DNA of 63,992 nucleotides, the filler included, from Conidiobolus incongruus B7586 (lineage: Eukaryota), in assembly GCA_000697335.1 (NCBI GenBank). It is 6 parts of 6 records of this genome, joined end to end, with 100 filler letters (N's around TTAATTAATTAA, not from the genome) between each part and the next. Parts side by side here need not be neighbours in the genome. Positions count along the whole stretch, not along the records: positions 50,890 to 57,400 come from JNEM01006110.1; positions 57,501 to 62,452 come from JNEM01006111.1; positions 62,553 to 63,992 come from JNEM01006144.1; 3 more parts are not named here. One strand, 5' to 3'. Position 1 is the stretch's first letter. Each line of letters begins with the position of its first letter. Below are positions 51,608 to 63,992 of this stretch, piece by piece. Below the pieces are notes generated by a model, which saw nothing but the letters and a program-made list of their open reading frames with translations, ran no database searches and was not told the DNA's origin. A program made the translations under genes and the position numbers.

Positions 51608-54600
51608 TAGTAGCAATAACAAAACTGTTAAAAACCTACTAGAAATTAATAACTATTTGTATCTAACCTATCTATTACTATTTTAAATCTTATTTATAAT
51701 TTATTTCATTTAAATTTAATACTATACACTATAATACTACTAAAAAAAAAGATACCCTTATATTATTTTAATAATGATAATAGCTTAATTACTAAGTGAA
51801 TTTAAGACTTTAGTCTTTAAAAACTTACTACCCTTTAAGAAGCTTATATTAGACAACTTTTGATTGAAAAAAACATGTTTCAAAGAGCTTAAATCTAATA
51901 AACCAGTTATTTTACTATAGTTAATGCATTAAACTACCTCTTTAGTGTTTTTAAAAACAAATTAACTATTTATGATAGCTTAAAAAACCTTTACAAGCTT
52001 GAAAACTACTTTAAAAACATAAAGAATTACCTTAATTTAATTCTTGATGAAGATCTAAAGAATATCCTTAAATTAGCCACTTTTTTTGGAAAAATCTGTT
52101 TATATTTGGTAGTTAACTCATTATAAACTTAATCCTAAAGAATTTTCAAGAGGATAACCTACTATAAAGATATAAACTTTTAAATAATTGGAAAAAACCC
52201 TTAAAGAAAGGTATTACCTAAAAGATTAAGTTTAATTAACAAGAGAAAAACTTTCCCAGCTTAAATAAAAAACTTCTACAAGGTAATTGATTGAGAAATT
52301 TAATGAGATATGTTTAAATATATTAAATATCACTGAAGAAGAATAAATCCACAAACTATTATAATACCTTAATTTTTAAGTAAAGCTTTAATTAGTTAGT
52401 AAGGAACACTTTAATAATATGTCTTTTTCTAACATTTGTGATATAGCAATTATAATTCATAATATCTTTTACTTTATAATTAAATCTTTTTACCTTAAAA
52501 ATCAATTTTTTAAACTTTACTTTAACCCACTTAAGTTTCAAATGATAAATGTTTCTGCTTTAAAGCTTTATAAGAAAACCTTTAGTGAAAAAGTTAAAGC
52601 CTACTTAAAAGTAAACAAAGGTTGTTATTACTACCAAAAAACTTAAGTTAACTATAAAGCTAACAAATATCCTTTTAGGAAACAACACCAATCTAATTCT
52701 CAACAATCTTAATTTGCTAACTATAAATCAAACTTGAATAATATTAATATAACCTTAGAATCACCCTTTTTACAATTAGTTAGTAGATTCTAATTTAATC
52801 TACAAAAGTTTTAATAAACTAATAATTCCACAAATTAAACTATGTATACTAGAGAAATCCAACTAATTAAACCACTAGAAACTAAAAATATTATAGTAAC
52901 TAATCTACCTTATAATTTTTTACCTTTAACTATCACTTTATTGTTTGTGTTAACTAGTTCTTTTATAGATATACTTGTTAGTGTTTTAATTAACTCTAGT
53001 TGTTTTAGTTATATTATCTCTTCTTTTATTGTTATAAAGCTATTTTTACCTACCTAAAAAAACAACTTAATAATTAAATATACTAACAATTTAATAGAAC
53101 AAGCATCTGGTACTGTATTTAGATACTTATTATTACCCCCTAACTATTCCCAATATATTAAATTTTTAGTTAGCAACATTAGTTATAATTTTATACTAGG
53201 TTAAAATTAGTTTGAATATCACAGTTTTATAACTATAAATATTACCCTAGAAGGTTACAAATCTATTTTTTTCACATTCTAAAAAAAATTAGTAGAATTA
53301 ATCTCAAAAAATCTACATTACCCTATTATAAAACTATTAAATTCTTTACCTAACACTAATTTTACAATTGTAGCAAATAATTCTATTATTATAAGTAAAA
53401 ATCAATATAAAAAGCTAATCAAAAACTTAAATAATCTATAGGGATATATATTTGTTTATTATTCATCTATCAACACTTTATTTGTTGATTTTAATAAAGT
53501 TATATCTAATAACCACTTTCTATACAATATAGTGAGTTAATTTACTAATGTTTTTGAATCTATAAATAAATTACCACCTAAATATAATATTAAACACAAA
53601 ATTAAACTAATCCCTAGTACACAACTATACTTAAAGTTTACTTACTATTTACCTCTTAAACAATACTAAACCTTAAAAGAAGAAATTTAAAAACTACTTG
53701 AAAATAGTTATATTAAACCTTTTTCCTTACTATAAAAATCTCTAATCTTCTTTATACAAAAAGCTGATGGTGGTTAAAAACTATATATTGATAACTATAT
53801 TTTAAACTTTAAAACTATTAAGGATAAAACTCTATTATTAAACCTATATGATGTTAAAGATAAACTACTTAAATCAACTATATTTACCAAATTAAATGTT
53901 AAGAATAGATATTACAACATTAAAGTTAAAGAAAACTCTATCCTTTTAACTATTTTCAATACTTTTTTAAGCTACTATAAATTTACTGTTATGAACTTTA
54001 AATTATGTAATGCTCTTGTAACTTTTACTTAATTTATTAATTCCCTTTTTAACCTTATCTTTAATAACTTTATTATTACTTACTTTAATAATATCCTAAT
54101 CTATTCAAAAACTAAAAAAGAATATATTTAACATGTTAATTAAGTTTTATAAATTATTCAAGAATATAAATTACCTTTAAAACTATCAAAATATATCTTT
54201 AATACCTCTTCTATCTTTTTTTGTGGTTATATTATTTCCTTTTAAAAAATTAGTATTGATCTAACTAAACTTAATGGTGTTAAAGCTTTTATTATACTTA
54301 TAAACAAAGATCAATTTATGTTTATACTTAGATTATTAAATTACTTTAAAAATTTCATTGATTCTTTTACTAAACTTATTATTTTTCTTACTAATCTCTT
54401 GAAGAAAAACTCTTTTTTTGAATAAACCCTACTATATACTTTCTATATAAATGTTTTAATTTTCTATATTACCAATGCTTTTGCTTTATTTATCTTTAAT
54501 CTAAAACTACCTACCATTATTTTTACTAACTCTAGTTTTTTTATAATTGGTAGATAGTTAGCTTAGTTTAAATTTAATTTATATTTTACCCTACAGCTAT

Positions 54601-56523
54601 AAGATAAAATAATAAATAAAAGAGAATAGGTTAAGTTTAACTTTACAAATGTTACTTTAAAACCAATAATATTCTGGTTAAAAAAAATAAAACTAGCTGA
54701 ATTAAAATACCTAGTTTATAAATAAAAACTCTTTGCTTTAGTAAAAATAATCAAAAATCACTTACATTTCTTATCTTGTAATTTTTTTTTAGTACTTACA
54801 AATCACAAATCACTTATCTATTTAAATACTCAGAAATATTTATTAAGAAAATAAATTAGATAGATTAAAACTATCTAAGCTTATCTTTTCTTTATTTAAT
54901 ATCTCTTAGGTTAATAAAACTATATTGTAGATACTTTGTTAAAAAATCTTATATACCTACCCTTTTATTCTAATTGTAAAAATCTAGCAAATATTAACTT
55001 AATGATTATTAATAAAAGAAATAAAAAATTTATTAAACTACTTTAAGAAACACTGTTAAATAATAATTTCTTTATTTTAGTTAAAGAAGAACTCTTTAAA
55101 CCATTAGAAAACTAACTAAAATATGTTAAAAGATTTAAAATTATCAATAACTTACTATATTATAATAATTGTCTATATATTCCTGATATTCCTAAGATTT
55201 AACAAACAATATTTAATGAATGCTATAACTTATTTGTTAGAGGACATCAAAACTAGTTAAAGATTACTAAGAGAATTAAAACAAAGTACTACTAGCTTTC
55301 CCTAATCAAATTAGTTTAGAAATACACTAATACTTGTGATATATGCTAAAGAATTAAATATAATACTCAACTAAAATATAGTAAACTTATTCTTTTACAA
55401 GTCCCTAATAAAATTTAGCAATAAATCCAGCTTAATTTCATAGAAATCCTTAAATCAACAAATAGTTATAATAACTTACTAATTGTAATTGATTTATTTT
55501 CCAAATATGTTTATTTTATTCTTTATTTCAAAACTTTTATAGCTAAAGATGTTGCATAATTATTATTCTCTAATATTTTTACCTACTATAAAATTCCACA
55601 AACTATTATATTTGATAGAAACACACAATTCAACTTTTGATTTTAGAAGTTACTATCCTTTTCCTTTAAGATTAACCTAGCTATGTTTACTACCAATCAT
55701 CACTAAACTAATAAACTTGCTGAAAAAACTATCAAAACCTTAAAGTAAATCATTAAAGCTTATATTAACACTAATTAGTTAAATTAAGATGCTTATATCT
55801 ACTAACTCTAATATTTATTCAACACCTTTATTAATAGATCAATAGGTTTTAACCTTTATTTTATTAATTATAGTAAATATCCTAACTTAATAATTACTCT
55901 AAAACTTTAAATCAACTTATCTTTAGACATTGTTGAATTTTAATCTAATATCAAATATATCAATTCTCTTGTTAAATTTAACTTAGAAGTAAATTAAAAG
56001 ATTATAGAACAACAATACTCAAAGTTATCTAGAAACCCTCTTAAATATAAAACTAGTATGTTTGTATACTTAGAATAATTTGCCCTTAAACCTACCCTAC
56101 TTAAATCTAGCTTAAATCCCAAATACTTACCATTATATTATAGTCCCTATAAAATTTAATCTATTGATTTAAATTTTGAAAATATTACTTTAGAATTACC
56201 TCTAACTTTGAGGATTAACCCTACCTTTTATATATCTAAAATTAAACTATACTTTGAAGATTTTAACACTTTTCCTAATTAATTAAAAACCCCAAAACTA
56301 GATCCAATTATTAATTAAGATAGAGAAGAAAAATACTATGTTAATTACATAATTAAGTCTAAATTTATTAGGAATAAACTTTATTTTGATGTAAAATGGA
56401 TAGGTTATCTTATTAAAAAAGCTATATAGGAACCTCTAGAAAATATTAAGAATACTTTAGCCTATTATATATATTTGTAAAAAATTAGGGAGTGTGTCTC
56501 TTTTAAAAAACTTACTAGGGGAG

Positions 56524-56921
56524 TATTAAGAGACTAGTTCTTTAAATTCTTATATACACTTTCATAAAATCCAATTAACTATAAATTATATAATTAATTT
56601 ATACTTATATAGTTAAATTAATTGTATAAATAGTATTAAATTATCTAATAAACAAGGTTTTTCTTTTTCTTCTTAATTCTTACTATTTTTACTTTTACAT
56701 TATTTCTAAAATTGAGACTATATTCTATTAATATTATAGGATATTAGCACTACCTAATATAAATCTTAATATATTAGTGACTCACCCTAGTTTGAAGCTT
56801 AATTAAACTTTGTTTACACTTGCACACTATAGCCACATTATATTACTATGTTTTACACCACACTACTTTTATATTAAGTCTTCCTCTACACTATATTAGT
56901 TTAACTACCACTACATTTACA
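56524..56921 (+). repeat. 3' LTR (398 bp; TA..CA)
   Basis: Preceded by a polypurine tract and followed by the TSD AATAT. Confidence 0.95.
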
Positions 56922-56926
56922 AATAT

Positions 56927-57400
56927 AACAAGTTAATTTGCTAATATTTTTAAACTTATAAATAAATTAATATTCAAATATAATATTAAATATAAAATCA
57001 AATTTTTTTAATATATAATTATATTTAAAGTTTATTTATTATCTATCTCTTAAATAATATTAAATCTTAAAAGGAGAAATTTAAAAATTTATTAAAAATA
57101 AATATATTAAATTTTTTTCCTTATTATAGAAATCACTTATTTTCATTATATAAAAGGTTAATAATAGTTAAGAATTATATATCAATAACTATATTTTAAA
57201 ATTTAAAACTATTAAGATTAAAACTTTATTATTAAACTTATATGATATTAAAGATAAATTACTTAAATCAATTATATTCATTAAATTAAATATTAAAAAT
57301 AGATATTCTATTATTAAAGTTAAAGAAAATTTCTTTTAATTATTTTTAATATTTTATTAAGCTATTATAAATTTACTATTATAAATTTAGATTATATAAT
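56927..57400 (+). mobile_element. Older Gypsy copy, right part (RT region) of the interrupted host element
   Basis: Aligns to the inner element from ~53531 to ~54010, resuming where 50890-51209 stops. Confidence 0.85.
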
Positions 57401-57500
57401 NNNNNNNNNNNNNNNNNNNNNNNNNNNNNNNNNNNNNNNNNNNNTTAATTAATTAANNNNNNNNNNNNNNNNNNNNNNNNNNNNNNNNNNNNNNNNNNNN
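57401..57500. other. Artificial contig-joining spacer
   Basis: 44 N + TTAATTAATTAA + 44 N. Confidence 0.97.
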
Positions 57501-58142
57501 ACATAGAGAGGATGGTCAAAATTTAGTCAAGAATTTGAATGGAACCAATGTCAACGTTACATTCATCCCACTCTCAAACGTCTTTTCAATTATGCCGAAG
57601 ATTGACAGAGTATTAATTGGCACTAAATCAGGTATTTAGATTATCTTCTTATTGTATTTAAACCAATCAATTAATGATACTATTAAGTATTTTTAAATGA
57701 AATTATGATGACTTTCTCTGGTATTCAAAGCATCGTTCAATCCGCTAATTATTACAAAGTTCCAGTATTTGTAATTGCTGGCATTCATAAATTAAGCTGT
57801 AAGTCCTTGGACAACCCAGATGCAATCAATATTCTGTCATCTCCCAGCAATTTAATCCAGTTCAATCATGGTCAGTGAATTATTTTCAAATTTGACATTC
57901 TTATTATTAACATTTTATAATTTAGCTCACATTATACAAAATACTGAAGTCTTATCTCCTATATTCGATTTTATTCCAACTAGTCAAGTGAATTATTTTA
58001 TTACCAATAGGTAATCTAATTTATCAATTATGAATGAATTTTTAACTAATATTTATAATGTAGTGGAATCTACACTAGCAAATCTCTTAATAATTTATCT
58101 TTAGAATTATATCATCCTGATGATTTATCTCAGAGTTTATAA
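57501..58142 (+). CDS. 3' part of a translation initiation factor eIF2B beta (Gcd7)-like gene; 4 exons visible, 5' end lost at the spacer
   Basis: FIPLSNVFSIMPKIDRVLIGT, KVPVFVIAGIHKLS, VLSPIFDFIPTSQVNYFITN|SG and ELYHPDD follow the IF-2B beta C-terminal pattern. Confidence 0.75.
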
Positions 58143-58432
58143 ATATATTATTGATATTCATTAAATCATTTTAATTGCTAATTTTTAATTCTATTTCAAT
58201 TATTATTATTTTTATTAATTTAAGATATAAATATATTGGATAGCATTTTCATATAAATGTAAAATTTATTTTAATTAATTTGATAACACAAATACAGATA
58301 TGATAAAATAATTAGTACTGATAAAAATAATCACAATATTTTGTTAATTCTAATTGCAACTTCAAATAGAATAGTAAAACCATTTTCAGATATCAATGCA
58401 ATTTTTAAATTAAATAAAATTCATTCCTGAAT

Positions 58433-60040
58433 TTAAATGGAACACCAAATCTCGAACCTGCCATCAAAACCGCTTCCAGGATCGAGATGGCTAACAGTTC
58501 CATCGGAATTGGGGCAGAGGCTATCAAGAGCCATGTCAAGATCTTCCTGATCAGTGATAAGAACGAGTTCATTGTCTTCATCCTTATATCTCAGTTTGAG
58601 CCCCTCATTTACAGAAAATTTCTTTTGGATCTTATGCTGCAGCTCCTCAAAAGAGATATCTGCATTGACCATGAGAGTACGTGTGTCACCAAAATGACAT
58701 TTGACCTTCATTTTGCCTTTGGGCACTGGTGCTCTAAATTTCAGTTCGGGCTCAGAATAGGCATTAGGGCTTGGTAAAGAGGTATAGCTATTTGTGAGAC
58801 TTGGAGGTGAAGGGAACATCGTATCATCTTCAGGACTCGAGCAGAGAGGAGTGCGAGGATTATTTGTATCTTGGGATGGTAGATTAGGTGGATTGGCATT
58901 CATAATGGGCGAAAATTTGGGGATTGGAAGTAAACCAGCAGTATCAGGGGAATGGTTGGCTGGAAGCGTTGCAGACAAGGGTCCTTGATTGGGTAATGTC
59001 ATTGACCTTTTGAGAACAGTAGCTGACAAAGGTGCAGGTGTAATGTTAATAGGTTTTGCATTAGTATTGATGGGACTGGGAGTTGCATTGCCGCTAGCAC
59101 CAGCACTTTGAGTTCCTCTTTGAGAAGCAAGGGATATTTTACGAAGTAAAGACATTTGAGGAACAGGAGGAGCGTTGGAATTAAGAGTATGAATATCTCC
59201 AGCAGTACCTCTTCGCTGCAGCGGCTGACCACTTAAAGGAGAAACAGGTGTATCCTTTCTGGCCGGTTCAGGGAATTTTCTCTCAGTTTTACTTCTTTGG
59301 AGTCCAACAGTTGGAGGTGCATTATTGGCAGCAATTAATTTGGCTTGTCCCAAATAATCAATTTTTTTAGTATTACGGACCATACTCTCACAAGGGCGAA
59401 ATATTGTTCCAGTAGGTACAGTGAATAAATCACAGCCTTTGCCAGCTACTTCAAGAGCATGAGCAATGAGAGTATGTCTTTCTTCGTTTTTGTCATTAAA
59501 AGCGGCCAATAAATCATTCATAGCTTCTTCAGGCTGATTCATTTTGAAGTAACACAGTGCACGATTGTATAATACTTCACAAGAATATAATTTAAAATCC
59601 ATTCCAAGTTGGAAGTAATCAATGAATAAATTTCCCCTTAAATACTATAATAAAGTTAGTTATTATTTTTAGTATTCCAAATACAAAATATTTACCAATA
59701 GAGCATTATTAAAATCCTCAAATGCAGACTCTAAATCCTGAATTTTAAAATTACAGATTCCTCTTTCAAAATAACCGATCGCGAAATAACCATCCATTTG
59801 GATAGAGTTAGTAAAAGAAGCAATCTAAATAAAATTAATTAATTTATTCTATAAATTAAAATTCAAACTGCTTACAGCCAAGTCATAATCTCCCAACAGT
59901 GAATATATAGTACCAATATTATATTGGATTTTTGAACCACCTCCCATATCGGTGAAAATGCTCAAAGCTTCTTCATAATTCTGATTTTCGTAAGCTTTGA
60001 CAGCTAAACTCCACTGTTCTAGCCCTGCTTTGTAAGCCAT
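58433..60040 (-). CDS. noxR: NADPH oxidase regulator NoxR (p67phox-like), 3 exons
   Basis: N-terminal TPRs (SKIQYNIG; YFAIGYFERG; RGNLFIDYFQLGMDFKLYSCEVLYNRAL), TIFRP...DYLGQAKLIA, and a C-terminal PB1 domain (KMKVKCH...LRYKDEDNELVLITDQEDL). Confidence 0.93.
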
Positions 60041-61799
60041 ATTATTGAGATATAATTTGTAGTGTTAACTTTTAATATTATATTCAATATGTTGATATTT
60101 ATATGAATCAATTAATTAAAAAGAATAAAATTTAATAAAATGTAAAGTAGAAGGGTTAAAGAAGGAGGTTTTAAAGAAAAGTGGATTAAAAGCAACAATT
60201 AGGAATGAACAAAATTGCTAATATACTTGAAAACAACCTCCAATCAGGAATTGGCAAGTCTTTTACTTAATTGTCTCTTTCAAGCCAAGTAGTTATATCA
60301 TCCGAATTCAACAAACATACTAGTTCAATCTCTCAAATTTATGGTAATTGGTCATTTACTCAAAATTAGCTAGTTTGATTGGCCTGAATTCAGGAGCTAC
60401 CCTCATAAACTGTTTGATTCCAAGTTCTGAGATATTTGGCCAATCAAATAGCTTCTTAGTTCGATTAGGTGGATTTTATGTGTAAACTGATATTGACAAA
60501 ACTCCACTGATTATTTTAGTTTAGGTATTTTGGCAGGAGGCGATTTGCAATTAATAGTTAATACATTTATAAATATAATTGTATTAAATTAAACATCAAT
60601 ACTCTTTTCTATAACTGTGATAGTCCATACTTAATGCTTTACAGTTAGTTAATTTAGGTTGATTTTAAATGACTCTATGTGAATTATTCACTCAAATTTC
60701 TTTTAACAATATCTGTGTATGTTAATAAAGGCCGAACATTGCATGAAATGGGTTTTAATGCTTGAATTGTAAAATAATGTGAAAATACTATGTTAAATAA
60801 TATCTAAGGCAGTTATTACTAAATTGACATTTGATAATGAATATTAAATCCTATATATTTATTCAATATTTGATTTTCATTCAATTTTATCTAATATTCA
60901 AATATTTCTGCCAAGATTTATATTTAATTTTACCGCCCAATATAATTAAGTACAACAAAAATCAAATAATTACTAATTAAATCAATATATTAGATATATA
61001 TATATATATATATATATAATACTTCAAAATTTTAATCTATTGATATTATTATTTATTCATTAAAATAATTTGTATTTCAAAATAGCAATATCTATATATT
61101 TGTCAAAACTAAAAAAAATCATATTAAAAGTTATGATGATTTAAGTGTTGTTAACTGATAATATATTTGAGTTACACTATATTACCATTTGTGTATCTTG
61201 GAATTTTGCCACTTTATTGCTTTCCAAACATAATTAGTATTTGTATGTTCTAATAAATTGAATCACCACAAGAGATCATTATAAAAAAGGAAATTAAAAA
61301 CAATTATCCAATAGAAACTGTTCAATTTCAATGTAAAAATACCTACCTTGATAAAATCCTCAAACCCACCCATTAACAAATATCCCAATATAGTAATTGT
61401 CTAAAATAAAACATTTTATTGGTGAAAATTTATCTAATATGATTATCTGGAAAATTGTCAGATTTTCAATTTACAAATAAGAATATGAAAATTATCAAAT
61501 TCAATTTGAATTGATAAAAATCCAGATTTAAAATTGGTTTATCAAGTTAAATCAATAACCTTAAAATTTTTAATAAATCAAACTTATCAACATGAATAAA
61601 TTTAATATTAAAACTAATAATCTTATTCAAAAAATTTATAAAGCATTCAAAAATAAGTATATTACTCTTGATTTTAAATAATGGGAACTTTTTGATATTG
61701 AAAATATATAGATGTTTTAAAATATCAATTATATATATATATATAATATAAAATCAAAGCTCCTTTATAATTAATAATTCTTTTCTATATTTTTGGCAA

Positions 61800-62452
61800 G
61801 TTGTTAGTATTAAAAAATTTTTTTATTAAGAAATGAAATTTAATATTTTACTAACTAATTTAATTTTTTATAAAATTTTTTTAATAAATTCATTTTGAAT
61901 TATCTTGAACTATTATAATTAAATAGGTTATAATTTAATTAATATACTAAACTTGGTAATTTTTTTAATAATTTTAAATTAAAAATTTTTTATAGTTTTA
62001 GCTTTATATATTTAAAAATTATTAAATAATAAAATAGGTATTAAATTATATTAAGAATATTAATTAAAAATAATTTTATTTGATAAAATAATATAAATTA
62101 ATTCAAAATAATATATTTTATTATTTACTTAAATAATTAATATCTATTAAAAAATAAAATATCTGTTAATTATAATATGTATAAAAGGGATTGTTTTAGC
62201 CTAATTTAGAGTTTTAATTTGTATTTTTGAAAAAGATTATACAAAAGAATTTATAATTTATCAATTATAATAATTTTTTATAATAACCTTAGTTTTTGAT
62301 TTTATTTTATTATAATTATTTTAATTTAATTTAATTTTATTTAAACTTTGATATATAGAATATTTATATTAATATTATTATCATTTTTAATAATTTGTTA
62401 ATTAAAACAAAAAATTTATATTTAAATAAATTTTTTTAATATTATTAGTATT
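61800..62452 (-). mobile_element. Additional hypermutated mariner transposase copy
   Basis: Reverse complement aligns to 20730-21083 (KIIIIDKL*ILLYNL; ...IYKAKTIKNF) and continues into KKLPSLVY*LNYNLFNY, the YSPD-motif region also seen at 38062. Confidence 0.68.
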
Positions 62453-62552
62453 NNNNNNNNNNNNNNNNNNNNNNNNNNNNNNNNNNNNNNNNNNNNTTAA
62501 TTAATTAANNNNNNNNNNNNNNNNNNNNNNNNNNNNNNNNNNNNNNNNNNNN
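62453..62552. other. Artificial contig-joining spacer
   Basis: 44 N + TTAATTAATTAA + 44 N. Confidence 0.97.
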
Positions 62553-62609
62553 GTTATTATTTTATATAATATTTTATAGATATATTAAATTTTTTTTATT
62601 AGTATTATT

Positions 62610-63856
62610 ATACCTAAATCCCTCTCTAAAAAAATCCATTTGTATATTAATTAACTTTATAAAAAAGATAAATTAACTCATGATATTGTTAGAATTACTA
62701 GTGTTAGCTAGTCTACTATAGCTAAAGTTGTTAAGAATAACAATAAAGAAACATTTAAACTTAAACTTAAATGTATTAAAATTATAGATGAATATAATAA
62801 AAAGTATATTTATAGGTTGGTTAATATAGGTAAATATAGTACTACTGTAGAAATATAGCAGGAATTATAAAATTATATAGGAATATTAGTTAGCACTAAT
62901 ATTATTATATATATTTTATGTTAACATAGATACCACTTATATCTTAAGAAAAAATACCCCCAACTAAAGAAATCTTATTATAAAGCTAGGTGGGAGTTTA
63001 AATGTTGCTATTAATATTAAACTGAAATTAATTAGAGTAAGGTTATTTAGTCTAATAAAACAAAAATATACTTTAGTAAATCTAATAAAAAGCTAGATAC
63101 TTTAAAAAAGATGTAGAACTATTTTATAAACATTATGTTAATTTTACCTAAAAGTATAATAATAGGTTAATTATTATTTAAAGATATATATTGTTTTTAA
63201 GTGTAAGATATCTTTATAAAGTTAATAGGGGAATTAATACTAAAATATACTAAAGTATTCTAAACAATACATTAAAAAAAACCATTGAATAGTATAAGTT
63301 AAATAAATCTGATATTATTTTCCAGCAAGATAATACCTTTTACTATACTATAACTTCTATTACCAAATAGCTTAAAAATAATAAGATAACAGTTATAAAG
63401 TAGCTTTTTTAATCTTTTAACTTTAATCTAATTAAATACCTTTAGGATCAGTTAAAAAAAGTTATTAAAGTTTTCCCCCTAGTAAAAAATTTAGATCAAC
63501 TTTAAAAATACATTCAAGAAGTATAAAATAAAATTAACCTTTTCTAGTATAAGAAGTTAGTTGATTCTATACCATACAAACTTAAAGAAGTTAGAAAAGT
63601 TAAAGGTAGATACACTAGGTTTTAATTTTTTTTATCACTAAAAACCTACAAATTTATAACTCACTTTAGGTAAAATTTAAAAGTTTATATTTTAGCCAAT
63701 TAATAACTAAATATCATCATTTAATGATATATATAACTAATAAATATAATAGATTTTAATTATTTAATTTAGGTTTATTTCATTAAATATTAATCAAGTT
63801 ATTAGTAAAAATATAAGTGTTTTTGATTTTATGACTTACTTTTGCAAGTTAGTGTA
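62610..63856 (+). mobile_element. Tc1-family (DD34E-type) transposon relic, hypermutated; ORF ~62610-63625, probable right end ...AGTG|TA at ~63854
   Basis: N*SKVI*SNKTKI (WSKVIWSDETK), DIIFQQDNT, K*LF*SFNFNLIKYL*DQLK (WPxQSPDLNPIEHLW) and terminal KGRYTRF*. The ATG start appears as ATA. Confidence 0.88.
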
Positions 63857-63992
63857 TTTATATATTAAGTTATAAAATTACTAAAATTATTAAAATTACT
63901 AGTATTAATAAATTTTTAATATTTAAGATTATTAAAAGTAATGTTAAAATTATATTTAAATTTAAATTCAAGTAGTTTAAAATTATTATTAA

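Larger units (their letters stand above)
51210..56921 (+). mobile_element. Full-length Ty3/Gypsy chromovirus LTR retrotransposon, inactivated by hypermutation
   Basis: 398-bp LTRs, AATAT TSD (51205-51209 and 56922-56926), PBS-like TAGTAGCA and PPT TAGGGGAG. Decayed domains in Gypsy order: gag knuckle-like, protease VLINSSC (DSG), RT ITYFNNILIYS (YxDD), RNase H TNHKSL, integrase GH...CDIC and DRNTQF, YSPYKI (GPY/F), chromodomain VKWIGY..KAI*EPLENI. Confidence 0.96.

Noticed and set aside
52419..53057. Short ORFs of 75 and 71 aa in the ORF track
   Set aside because: They are residual open stretches of the mutated Gypsy gag/protease region, not genes.
21084..62552. TTAATTAATTAA motif recurring five times within N runs, resembling a repeat array or conserved site
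   Set aside because: The identical 44N-12-44N layout with stops in all six frames marks an assembly spacer, not biology.

Overview
AT-rich fungal genomic DNA with short GT-AG introns. The gene set and intron style suggest an early-diverging fungus, possibly Entomophthoromycotina (Conidiobolus-like); this taxonomy is inference only. The window is six contigs joined by artificial 100-bp spacers (44 N + TTAATTAATTAA + 44 N), so adjacency across spacers is unproven. Host genes: Rab5/Vps21, Cdt1, Arp9, a secreted subtilisin, a CsbD-like protein, a group III G-alpha, a MIT-domain protein, a class V myosin-chitin synthase, a PCI protein (Csn12/PCID2-like), a Gea1/GBF1 Arf-GEF, a sterol O-acyltransferase, a partial eIF2B-beta and NoxR. 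The main signals are absent from the ORF track. (1) A near full-length decayed Fanzor2 (IS607 TnpB-type RNA-guided nuclease) gene on the minus strand at about 2909-4640, followed by a GC-rich, hairpin-forming putative omegaRNA. (2) A complete chromoviral Ty3/Gypsy element (398-bp LTRs, AATAT target-site duplication) inserted into an older copy of its own family. (3) RIP-like C>T/G>A hypermutation of every recognised transposon; 28 of 29 LTR differences are transitions. (4) An intron-containing tRNA-Tyr-like gene with an amber (CUA) anticodon. (5) Mariner and Tc1 relics and a candidate spliced 39-aa microprotein. All alignments and counts were done by eye.
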